DNA from: Psychroflexus sp.
GTDB lineage: Bacteria > Bacteroidota > Bacteroidia > Flavobacteriales > Flavobacteriaceae
Direction of reading: 5' to 3'
DNA length: 64,000 nucleotides
Assembly (NCBI GenBank): GCA_031581455.1
Contig: JAVLBJ010000001.1
Location: 2,568 to 66,567 of the forward strand
This document shows, in pieces, positions 10,168 to 19,700 of the stretch. The number at the start of each line of letters is the position of its first letter. Within the stretch, counting starts at the first letter, position 1. The translations under genes were made by a program, and so were the position numbers. Under the pieces are notes generated by a model, which worked only from the letters and a program-made list of their open reading frames with translations, was not told the DNA's origin and did not search any database.

Positions 10168-10314
10168 TTAGTCTTGTCCGACTAAGATGCGAGAAATGAA
10201 GTTTCATTAGGTACGAAATAGTAGACTAAGGTGAGAGTCATAAAGAGTTTAGAAGGCGAGCTATAAACAAGGTTAGTGAAGGTAAACTACTTATATGACT
10301 AATAAGGAGAAAAG

Positions 10315-10396
10315 TGCTCAAGGCGGGAATCGAACCCGCACTCCCGAAAGAACTGGATTTTGAATCCAGCGCGTCTACCAGTTCCGCCACTTGAGC
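10315..10396 (-). tRNA. trnL-CAA: tRNA-Leu (anticodon CAA)
   Basis: Minus strand GCTCAAG...CTTGAGC-A acceptor stem, CTGGA-TTCAAAA-TCCAG anticodon arm, long variable arm, GGTTCGATTCC T-loop; CCA not encoded. Confidence 0.97.
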
Positions 10397-10402
10397 ATTC
10401 TG

Positions 10403-10410
10403 CAAATGTA
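10403..10410 (-). promoter_or_regulatory. Putative -7 box for tRNA-Leu
   Basis: Minus strand TACATTTG ends 6 bp upstream of the tRNA 5' end. Confidence 0.65.
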
Positions 10411-10553
10411 ACAAGTTATCACTAAATACAACTTATTTTTAAACATCATTATCAATCTCTTTCATCGGTTACTTCTAATGAAGTTAATTTTTTTGTTATC
10501 TATGCTTAGCAATAAAAAAACCATCAATAACACGTTTACTCAAATTAAATTAA

Positions 10554-10561
10554 TAAATTTG
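10554..10561 (+). promoter_or_regulatory. Putative -7 box for prs-rplY
   Basis: TAAATTTG, 29 bp before the ATG. Confidence 0.55.
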
Positions 10562-10590
10562 CAATTCTTTTAAAATGAGGAGATCAACTT

Positions 10591-11532
10591 ATGTCTGAAG
10601 TCATTAAACTCGCTAAAATATTTGCTTGCTCACAAAGTCATAAACTAGGTGAAGACATTGCCGATGCTTATGGTATACCATTAGGTAAAATCAATACATC
10701 GCATTTTAGCGACGGCGAGTTTCAACCTTCTTTTGAAGAGTCAGTAAGAGGATCAAGAGTTTTTTTAATTGGCTCTACGCACCCTAGCAGTGATAATCTC
10801 ATGGAAATGTTTCTTATGTTAGATGCGGCCAAGCGATCCTCAGCAAGGCATATTACTGCCGTCATGCCTTATTTTGGCTGGGCCAGACAAGATAGAAAAG
10901 ACAAACCTCGTGTACCTATTGCTTCAAAAATGGTGGCTAAAATGCTTGAAGCAGCTGGTGCAACACGAATTGTCACCATGGATCTTCATGCTGATCAAAT
11001 TCAGGGTTTTTTTGAAAAACCGGTAGATCATCTTTACGCCTCAACCATATTTTTACCTTATCTAAGAAAGTTAGGCTTAGATAATGTAACCATAGCATCT
11101 CCTGATATGGGCGGTTCTAAAAGAGCCTATGCTTATGCTAAATATCTGGAGTCTGATGTTGTTATTTGCTATAAGCAAAGAGCTAAAGCTAACAAAATCG
11201 CTCATATGCAACTCATTGGAGACGTTAAAGGTAAAAATGTAGTATTAGCTGATGACTTGGTTGATACAGCCGGAACATTAACACACGCCGCTAATTTGAT
11301 GATAGAGAGAGGTGCTAAAAGTGTAAGAGCTATTTGTACTCATCCTGTTTTATCAGGCGATGCCTACAAAAAAATAGAAAATTCAAAACTCGAAGAACTT
11401 ATAGTGACCGATAGTATTCCACTAAAACAAGAAAGTTCTAAAATAAAAGTATTAAGCTGCGCGAAATTATTTGCTGATGTAATGAAGGCAGTACACTATA
11501 ATAAATCTATCAGCTCTAAATTTTTAATGTAA
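10591..11532 (+). CDS. prs: Ribose-phosphate pyrophosphokinase
   Basis: FSDGE, PYFGWARQDRK, DLHADQIQGFF, SPDMGG, DDLVDTAGT. Confidence 0.98.
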   Translation: MSEVIKLAKIFACSQSHKLGEDIADAYGIPLGKINTSHFSDGEFQPSFEESVRGSRVFLIGSTHPSSDNLMEMFLMLDAAKRSSARHITAVMPYFGWARQDRKDKPRVPIASKMVAKMLEAAGATRIVTMDLHADQIQGFFEKPVDHLYASTIFLPYLRKLGLDNVTIASPDMGGSKRAYAYAKYLESDVVICYKQRAKANKIAHMQLIGDVKGKNVVLADDLVDTAGTLTHAANLMIERGAKSVRAICTHPVLSGDAYKKIENSKLEELIVTDSIPLKQESSKIKVLSCAKLFADVMKAVHYNKSISSKFLM

Positions 11533-11546
11533 ACAAATAATAAACT

Positions 11547-12194
11547 ATGAAATCAATTACGATCAATGGATCCCAAAGAGAAAGCGTGGGCAAAAAAGCA
11601 ACTAAAGCCTTGCGTAATGCTGGAAAGGTCCCTTGCGTATTATACGGAGGGAACGAAGCATTTCACTTTTCAGCAAATGAAATTGCCTTTAAAGATTTAA
11701 TCTACACACCCGACGTGCATACGGTAAAAATCGTTCTTGATGACGGGCGAAGCACTAATGCTGTGCTGCAGGATATCCAATTCCACCCGGTAACAGATCA
11801 GATATTGCATATGGACTTCTATGAATTTGAAGAAGGTCAGGAAATATCTATGGAAATACCTGTACACGCAGAAGGAACGCCTAAAGGCGTTAAAAACGGT
11901 GGTGTTTTACGTTTTAATATGAGAAGGATGACCTTAAAAGGATTAGCATCTAAGCTTCCTGATTATATCGCAGCTAAGGTTGGACCACTTAAAATAGGTG
12001 ATAATCTTTATGCTGAAGATGTGAAAAGCGATGAATATGAAGTGCTACATGAAGATGATGAACTGATTTGTCAGGTAACAGCCGCTCGTGACCTTGAACT
12101 TATTGAAGATGATGATGAGGAAGATGAAGATGGAGAAGAAGGTGAAGAAGGTGAATCATCTGAAGATGGTGATAATGAAAACAAAGAGGAATAA
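11547..12194 (+). CDS. rplY: 50S ribosomal protein L25/Ctc
   Basis: GKKATKALRNAGKVPCVLYG, QDIQFHPVTD-ILHMDF, GVKNGG; acidic C-terminal tail. Confidence 0.96.
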   Translation: MKSITINGSQRESVGKKATKALRNAGKVPCVLYGGNEAFHFSANEIAFKDLIYTPDVHTVKIVLDDGRSTNAVLQDIQFHPVTDQILHMDFYEFEEGQEISMEIPVHAEGTPKGVKNGGVLRFNMRRMTLKGLASKLPDYIAAKVGPLKIGDNLYAEDVKSDEYEVLHEDDELICQVTAARDLELIEDDDEEDEDGEEGEEGESSEDGDNENKEE

Positions 12195-12214
12195 ACCACT
12201 CTTTATAGACTATA

Positions 12215-12250
12215 AACAAAAGCATCTCTATTTTTAGAGATGCTTTTGTT
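12215..12250. terminator. Intrinsic terminator hairpin after rplY
   Basis: Perfect 16-bp inverted repeat AACAAAAGCATCTCTA-TTTT-TAGAGATGCTTTTGTT. Confidence 0.85.
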
Positions 12251-12386
12251 ATTTTTACAAAAACTACAAGCAAAGCATTTACATCAAAAATAATTAAAAA
12301 GAGATGAGACTTAGTTTATTTAAAAAAGAAACGATTTATTCATTTTAATTTTATGATTTTTGGTGCTGTATTAGGAAATCAATTCT

Positions 12387-12953
12387 ATGAGAAAATTTTT
12401 AGTTGTAGGCTTAGGTAATATAGGCGCTAAATACGTGAATACCAGGCATAATATTGGGTTTAAAATATTAGATAACTATGCTCAAAAAAACGATATTAAT
12501 TTTGATGATAAACGCTACGCAGCTATGTCTACTCATAGACTAAAAGGGAGACAAATATTGCTATGTAAACCTTCTACACTAATGAATAATAGCGGAAAAG
12601 CTGTAAGATATTGGATGAATAAAGAGAAGCTTAACCATGATCAGGTTTTGATAATCACAGATGATTTAAACATACCATTTGGAACACTAAGATTAAAACC
12701 AAAGGGTAGTGACGGCGGACATAATGGTTTGAAAAGCATTAATTATGAGACGGGCACTACTAAATATCCGCGTCTTAGATTTGGGATAGGTGCTGAATAC
12801 CCAACCGGTCAGCAGGTTAATTATGTGCTTGATGAATGGTCACCTGAAGAAAAAGATCAATTACAGGAAAGAATTATTGTTTCTGCTGAAATTATAGAAT
12901 CTTTTGTGCTTCAGGGTATGCAAACAACAATGAATAAATATAACGGTAAATAA
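12387..12953 (+). CDS. pth: Peptidyl-tRNA hydrolase
   Basis: VGLGNIG-KY-NTRHNIGF, KP-TLMNNSG, GSDGGHNGLKS, RLRFGIG. Confidence 0.97.
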   Translation: MRKFLVVGLGNIGAKYVNTRHNIGFKILDNYAQKNDINFDDKRYAAMSTHRLKGRQILLCKPSTLMNNSGKAVRYWMNKEKLNHDQVLIITDDLNIPFGTLRLKPKGSDGGHNGLKSINYETGTTKYPRLRFGIGAEYPTGQQVNYVLDEWSPEEKDQLQERIIVSAEIIESFVLQGMQTTMNKYNGK

Positions 12954-12959
12954 AAAGAT

Positions 12960-13907
12960 TTGAAAGTTTTTAATCATATTAATGAATTCCCGGCTGATCA
13001 ACCTACAATTGTTACCATAGGCACGTTTGATGGCGTCCATATAGGTCATAGAAAAATTTTGAACAGGCTAATCAGTTCAGCTAAAAAAAATCAATATCAA
13101 TCATTATTACTTACTTTTTTTCCTCATCCACGTATGGTTTTGCAACAAAGCAATGACTTAAAGCTCATCAATACCATGCATGAAAAAGAACTTATATTAA
13201 AGCAAACAGGTTTAGATAACTTAGTGGTTCATCCATTTTCAAAATCTTTTTCACGGCTTACAGCTTATGAATATGTCAAAGATATACTGGTAGATCAATT
13301 TAATGTAAAAGAAGTCATTATTGGTTATGATCATCGTTTTGGGAGAAATAGAACAGCAGACATCAATGATCTTAAAAAATATGGCGAACAGTTCGGTTTT
13401 AAAGTAGATGAGATCACTAAACAAGAAATAAACGATGTGGCTATAAGTTCTACTAAGATAAGAAAGGCTCTTCTATCAGGTGAAATCAAAAAGGCTAATG
13501 GGTTTTTACAAGATCCTTTTTTTATGTCAGGAACTATTGTAAAAGGATATGGGAGAGGTAAGGACTTTGGTTTCCCTACGGCAAATCTATCGATAGATCA
13601 AGATTATAAGCTTATACCCAAGAATGGCGTTTATCTATCTTATGCATATATAAACGATGTCAAATACTTTGGCTTAACAAATATAGGCACTAACCCTACT
13701 GTCAATGGAGATAATCAAAAGACTATAGAAACCTATTTTATGGATTTTGAAGGGAATCTTTATGATGAAAATTTAAACATCTCACTTTTGCATAGAATAA
13801 GAGATGAGAAGAAGTTTGAAAGTATAGACAAGCTTAAAGATGCGATGCATAACGACAAACAACAAGCACTAAATTTTATCAAATCAAATGGGCTCTCAAA
13901 TAAATAA
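12960..13907 (+). CDS. ribF: Bifunctional riboflavin kinase/FAD synthetase
   Basis: TTG start; IGTFDGVHIGH, TFFPHP, GYDHRFG, ISSTKIR, GFPTAN, NIGTNPT, IETY. Confidence 0.97.
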   Translation: MKVFNHINEFPADQPTIVTIGTFDGVHIGHRKILNRLISSAKKNQYQSLLLTFFPHPRMVLQQSNDLKLINTMHEKELILKQTGLDNLVVHPFSKSFSRLTAYEYVKDILVDQFNVKEVIIGYDHRFGRNRTADINDLKKYGEQFGFKVDEITKQEINDVAISSTKIRKALLSGEIKKANGFLQDPFFMSGTIVKGYGRGKDFGFPTANLSIDQDYKLIPKNGVYLSYAYINDVKYFGLTNIGTNPTVNGDNQKTIETYFMDFEGNLYDENLNISLLHRIRDEKKFESIDKLKDAMHNDKQQALNFIKSNGLSNK

Positions 13908-15243
13908 AATACTATTTAAAAGGGTAGACAATTCTGCTTTAATTGTATTTAGAGTATTATTTGGGCTATTAGTAGCTTTTGAATGCTGGGGAGCCATGTT
14001 TACCGGCTGGATACAAAAGGTTTTTGTAGAAGCTAAGTTCAATTTTAATTTTATAGGATTTGATTTTTTGGAGCCTTTGCCTGGCACAGGTATGTATTAT
14101 TACTATTTTGTAATGGGTTTATTGGGCATATTCATAATGATAGGCTTCTATTATAAATGGAGTATAGCCCTGTTTACTTTACTCTGGTCTGCGAGCTATT
14201 TGATGCAAAAATCAGCCTACAATAACCATTATTATTTACTTATTTTAATTTGTATTTTCATGCTTATAGTTCCGGCACATGCTTACCTTAGTTATGATAC
14301 CAGGAAGAGAAATTTACCGGAAAGTTATTCTATGCCACAGTGGGTAAGACTTTTTATCATAGCTCAATTATTTATAGTTTACGTTTATGCCAGTGTGGCT
14401 AAAATGTATCCAGATTGGTTAAATTTTAATGTTGTAGAAGCCTTGATGAGTTATAAAAAAGGTTACCCCTTAATAGGAGAAATGCTTCAAACTACAACTT
14501 CTATTTATGTGATAACTTACGTGGGCTTACTTTTTGATTTATTAGTTGTGCCACTGCTTTTATGGAAAAAAACAAGGATGATAACCTTTATTTTGAGTGT
14601 TGTTTTCCACCTTTCTAATAGTATAATTTTTGGTATCGGGATATTCCCATACTTGTCTTTAGCTTTTATATTATTCTTTTTTCCTGCCCATACCATCAAT
14701 AAAAAATTTATTCCACATAAACCTTTTTATAATCAGAATGAAGTAAAAGTGTCAAATTATAGCCCAGGGTTTAAAACCTTCTTAATAATCTGGTTTATTA
14801 TCCAGCTTGCGCTCCCTTTAAGGCATCATTTTACTAAAGGCGATGTATTATGGACAGAAGAAGGCCACAGAATGAGCTGGAGAATGATGCTGCGCACTAA
14901 GCAAAACATCAGTAAATTTAAAATTGTGAATTTAAATACCAAAAAGACAGAATATATAAATAAACGCAAATATCTAACTCATAAACAAATAGGTTCTTTA
15001 GGCAAGCCTGATTTTATATGGCAATTCTCAAAAATGATTGAAGCTTATTATGCTAAACGCGATATACCGGTAGCAGTTTATGCAGATGTAAAAATAAGTG
15101 TAAACGATAGACCCTACTATCAGCTAACCAATCCTACACAAGATATGACAAAAGTCAAATGGGATTATTTCTTTCACAATGATTGGATCAAGGTGCCACC
15201 TAAAAACTTTTATGAATTAGAGCTATCTTCATCTAAAGACTGA
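13888..15243 (+). CDS. HTTM-domain, vitamin K-dependent gamma-carboxylase-like membrane protein
   Basis: FRVLFG, YNNHYYL, YVYASVAKMYPDW, SWRMML motifs; many TM segments; overlaps ribF by 20 bp. Confidence 0.85.
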   Translation: MGSQINKILFKRVDNSALIVFRVLFGLLVAFECWGAMFTGWIQKVFVEAKFNFNFIGFDFLEPLPGTGMYYYYFVMGLLGIFIMIGFYYKWSIALFTLLWSASYLMQKSAYNNHYYLLILICIFMLIVPAHAYLSYDTRKRNLPESYSMPQWVRLFIIAQLFIVYVYASVAKMYPDWLNFNVVEALMSYKKGYPLIGEMLQTTTSIYVITYVGLLFDLLVVPLLLWKKTRMITFILSVVFHLSNSIIFGIGIFPYLSLAFILFFFPAHTINKKFIPHKPFYNQNEVKVSNYSPGFKTFLIIWFIIQLALPLRHHFTKGDVLWTEEGHRMSWRMMLRTKQNISKFKIVNLNTKKTEYINKRKYLTHKQIGSLGKPDFIWQFSKMIEAYYAKRDIPVAVYADVKISVNDRPYYQLTNPTQDMTKVKWDYFFHNDWIKVPPKNFYELELSSSKD

Positions 15244-16451
15244 TAGGAATCATACTCCGGATAAAGAAAGTTATTATAAGGATAACGAGATAAGTTAATT
15301 TTTCTAACCTCAGAATAAATTTTGCGCCTTAATTCGTCAAAATTTTCTTTTTCAGTAGCTGATATGAACACAACATGTTCCCCGTGCTTATTCATCCAGG
15401 TTCTTTTCCACTCTTCAATGCTGTAATGCCTGCTTTCCCTAGGATTTTCTAAATCGGTTTCATCATATTTTTCAGCTTCAAATAAATCGATTTTGTTAAA
15501 AACAACAATAGTAGGTTTATCCAGACAATTGATATCAGACAGAGTTTCTTCGACTGATGTTTTGTGATGTTCAAAGTTTTTGTGTGAAATATCTATAATA
15601 TGAAGTAGTAAATCAGCTTCTCTGACTTCATCTAATGTAGATTTAAATGATTCTATTAATTGAGTGGGTAATTTCCTTATAAAGCCTACCGTATCAGTCA
15701 GCAGAAAAGGAAGATTCCTAATAACAACTTTTCTAACTGTTGTATCTAAGGTGGCAAAAAGTTTGTTTTCAGCAAATACTTCGCTTTTGCTTAATCCGTT
15801 CATAAGCGAAGATTTACCCACATTAGTATACCCAACTAAAGCTACTCTTACCAGGCTACCGCGGTTACCACGCTGAACAGACATTTGCTTATCGATTTTC
15901 TGTAGCTTTTTCTTCAATAAAGCGATTTTGTCACGAACGATTCTTCTATCTGTTTCAATCTCTGTTTCTCCGGGACCGCGCATTCCTATGCCACCACGCT
16001 GGCGTTCCAGGTGTGTCCATAAACCTACAAGCCTCGGTAATAAATATTCATATTGAGCTAGTTCTACCTGAGTTCTGGCATAACTAGTAGTGGCACGTTG
16101 AGCAAAAATATCTAAGATAAGATAGGTTCTGTCTACAACTTTACATTTTAAAATGCGTTCAATATTTTTTTGTTGAGCAGGAGTCAACTCATCATCAAAA
16201 ATGGCTGATCCTACTTCATTTTCTTTAATGTAGTAACTTACTTCCTCAATTTTTCCAGATCCTATAAATGTTTTAGGATTTGGGCGTTCTAAATTTTGCT
16301 GAAATCTTTTTAAAACCCTACCGCCGGCAGTTTCTGCTAAAAACGACAATTCATTTAAATATTCCTCTAAAAGTTCTTCATCTTGCTTTGGATATTTCGC
16401 ACCTATCAGCACAACCCGTTCATATTCTATATCTGTTTTCTTTTCTAACAT
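15210..16451 (-). CDS. hflX: GTPase HflX
   Basis: LWTHLERQRGGIGMRGPGETEIETDRR, GYTNVGKSS, LFATLDTT, DTVGF, NKID. Confidence 0.98.
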   Translation of the reverse strand: MLEKKTDIEYERVVLIGAKYPKQDEELLEEYLNELSFLAETAGGRVLKRFQQNLERPNPKTFIGSGKIEEVSYYIKENEVGSAIFDDELTPAQQKNIERILKCKVVDRTYLILDIFAQRATTSYARTQVELAQYEYLLPRLVGLWTHLERQRGGIGMRGPGETEIETDRRIVRDKIALLKKKLQKIDKQMSVQRGNRGSLVRVALVGYTNVGKSSLMNGLSKSEVFAENKLFATLDTTVRKVVIRNLPFLLTDTVGFIRKLPTQLIESFKSTLDEVREADLLLHIIDISHKNFEHHKTSVEETLSDINCLDKPTIVVFNKIDLFEAEKYDETDLENPRESRHYSIEEWKRTWMNKHGEHVVFISATEKENFDELRRKIYSEVRKINLSRYPYNNFLYPEYDSYQSLDEDSSNS

Positions 16452-16734
16452 ATTTAGTTTTCAGTACGAAAATAAACACTTCTATGTTTAATAAGTGATC
16501 TTTGTAAAAAAAATTGATTTTAACAAAATTACATCCTTAAGCATTTTTCAAAATATAATTCCCTTATTACGTATTTACTATGATTAAGTAAATTTTAAAG
16601 ATGGATAAAATTTTGAAAGTCATAATGTTATAAAATTGTTAGGTTTTTGTTTCAGCAATATCATGACTAAAATGCTTAATGGGTTGATATTTGTCTAATA
16701 AAAACCCTTATATTCACGCCATAATTATAATTAT

Positions 16735-19700
16735 ATGTTAAAATTCTACTTTGCTGTTTTAATTTCAACATTCCTTTTAACCACAAACGCTCAAACGCTC
16801 GTTAATGTAGATTGTAATCAAGGCCCGGAAAATATTAATTTTTGTTATCCAAGTAGCCAGTTAACAGCATATACATTCCTGAGCTCTGACGGCTCTAATA
16901 TCAACTTAACCATCAACTCTGGAGGCGTAGAACAAAATTGGGATGAGTTTATTGTATTAGACACTGATGGCACTGAACTTTTTAATGGCTACGGCAACGA
17001 TGGTGATTTAACCGGTTTGACGTTTCAATCTACCGGCGATGAAATCACAATTCAGGTTGATGCAGACGGGTCAATAGATTGTCAGGGCTCTGCTAATATA
17101 GATCCAATTGACATAACAGCAAGCTGTGCCACTTGTACTAATCCAAGTGTTGATTATGCCTTAGTGTCTGACTGTTTGAATGCACCTCAATTTCTTGTTG
17201 AAGCTAATGTGACTGATTTAGGAAGTGCGACATCTTTAACTATTACTGATAATCAAGGCAGCACTGCTCAAACAATAAGCGCAGCAGGTTTAGTTACTTT
17301 TGGACCTTACCCTAATGGTACAGATGTACAAGTTACAGCTCAAAACGATCAGGAAATCAACTGTGCTATAAGCTCAGCCGTATTAAGCCAGTCTTTTTGT
17401 GAAGATAATATTGTAGACTGTAACGCGGGACCAGTTAATTCTAATTTCTGCTACCCCAGCGGCGAAGTCACAGAACTTAACTATACTAGCTCAGACGGTA
17501 CAAACTTAAACCTTACTATAAATTCAGGATCAGTAGAAGAAAACTGGGATGAGTTTATTGTATTAGATACTGATGGTACTGAACTATTTAATGGATATGG
17601 GAATAATGGTGATTTAGCAGGGTTAACTTTTCAATCTTCAGGAGATCAAATCACCATACAGGTCAATGCCGATGGCTCTATAGACTGTCAGGGCTCTGCT
17701 AATATTAGCCCTATTGATGTCTCTGTAAGCTGTGCAACATGTATCAACCCTGATGTTGACTATGATGTGGTAGCTAATTGTAATGATGACGACTCAGAAT
17801 TCCTAATTGATGTTTTTGTAAATGATTTAGGAAGTGCATCTGATGTAGAAGTGTCAACTAATCAGGGCGATGCGCCTGTAACAGTGAGTTCTGCGCCGCA
17901 AACATTAACTTTTGGCCCTTATGACATAGGCACTGATGTAGTGGTGACATCAGAAAACTTAGATGATCAAAACTGTATTATAACAAGCCCTAATTTAACT
18001 CAAGAAACTTGTGGATGTTCTGGGGCAGAACCTTTTTGCGCACCAGACGAAGGAGAACCACTGGTATTTGAAAATGTTTCCAGCGGGATTACCGCAGACC
18101 CGTCTATTGATTACGATTGCTTGTTTACTCAGCCTAACCCGGTATGGTTTTACTTACAAATACAAGATGGTGGTGATCTTGATTTTGAAATAGTTCAAAA
18201 CACCAGCTTTGATGATCAGGGCAATCCTAATGGAACCGGCTTAGATGTAGATTTTATTGCCTGGGGACCATTTGACGCCCCTGAAGATGCCTGTACTGAT
18301 TTAAATCAAAATACTCAGGTAGATTGTAGTTATTCTGCTGATGATGTGGAAAACTTCTCAATTCCTAACGCCCAGGAAGATGAAATATACGTTGTGTTAA
18401 TCACAAATTTTGCCGGCGATTCTGGATTCATTAGTTTAGGCCAAACTAATACAGATAACCCAAATAGCGGTTCTACAAACTGTCAAATTGTAACCACAAC
18501 ATTTGTAACAGCTTGTGCTGTTGATGGAGGAGCCACATTAAATGCCACAAATGATAATGCACAAGGATATCAGTGGTTAGAATACGATCCGGCTACAGAT
18601 ACTTATAATCCTATAAGTGGCGAAGATCAAAGTACCTTTACAGCCACTGAATCTGGCTTATATCAAGTGCAATGGTTAGACGATAACTTAGATATCAACA
18701 TAGATGATTTTGATGTAACCATCATCCCAGAACCTGAGGTACAAGACCAAACATTAGCACTATGCCAGCAGTCATCAGTAGATTTAGTAGCTACACCAGC
18801 AAATTCGGGCGATTATGAGTCCATTGCTTACCAATGGTTTAATGATGGTCAACCAATTAGCGGCGAAACCCAAGATGTTTACACAGCAACGCAGCCTGGC
18901 GATTACTCCGTAGAAATCATTACATCCAATACTAATCAGGATACTGATGAAGAGGTAAATTGCCCTAAAACTGTAAATTTCACTGTTACAGATGCCAGCT
19001 TTACATTAGAATTAGGAGGCGATCAAACTTTTTGTGATGCTGACCCACAAATAATTACAGCTGAGCTGACTGATGCAAGCGCCGATGATGCCTCCTTTAG
19101 TTGGAGTACAGGTGCTACCACCCAGAGCATAGATGTCTCAGAAACAAATATTTTTACCGTTACCGTTACCGTTAATGGTTGCTCAGTGACGCAAAGCGTT
19201 GAATATATTTTTAATGAGTCTCCTCAATTTGATTTAGGAGAAGATATTGAAACTTGTGATTTAGCTTCAGTAGTTATAGATGCAACTCCTGCCAATTTTG
19301 ATCCTAATATGACCATTTTTGAATGGAGTAAAGACGGAAATGTTCTAGAATTTGAAGTTGATGTATTGATTAATCCTGATAATTATGGCTTTGGAAATTA
19401 TGAAGTTACAGCTTATAGCGACGCTGAAGATTGCTCTACTACTGATCAAATCACGATATCTAAGAGAGACGATATTAGTGTAGCATTAAGCACAGATGAT
19501 TCTGATAACTTATTTTGTGCCGGTGAACTTGTAAATATATCAGCAAACTTGACCAATGCTACAGCGGCTGAAGCCAACTTTGAATGGCTGGTAAACGGCG
19601 AAACACAAAGTGGAGAAAATACTGATACGTTTAATTTTCAAACTTCTGAAGAAGATGATGAGGATACCATTAAAGTTATAGTTAGTATAAGCGGAGATTG

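Noticed and set aside
10180-10302. Degenerate repeats read as a mini CRISPR array
   Set aside because: Only three poorly conserved copies, uneven periods (44 and 73 nt), no cas genes or leader; kept only as an unexplained element
11700-11900. GC-rich patch in rplY (29/60 and 27/60 in two lines)
   Set aside because: Short, and explainable by codon preference in a highly expressed ribosomal gene
12304-12348. 14-codon ORF MRLSLFKKETIYSF upstream of pth as a leader peptide
   Set aside because: Out of frame with pth, no attenuator structure, expected by chance
15860-16060. GC-rich stretch in hflX
   Set aside because: Coincides with conserved Gly/Arg/Pro-rich motifs, so amino-acid content explains it
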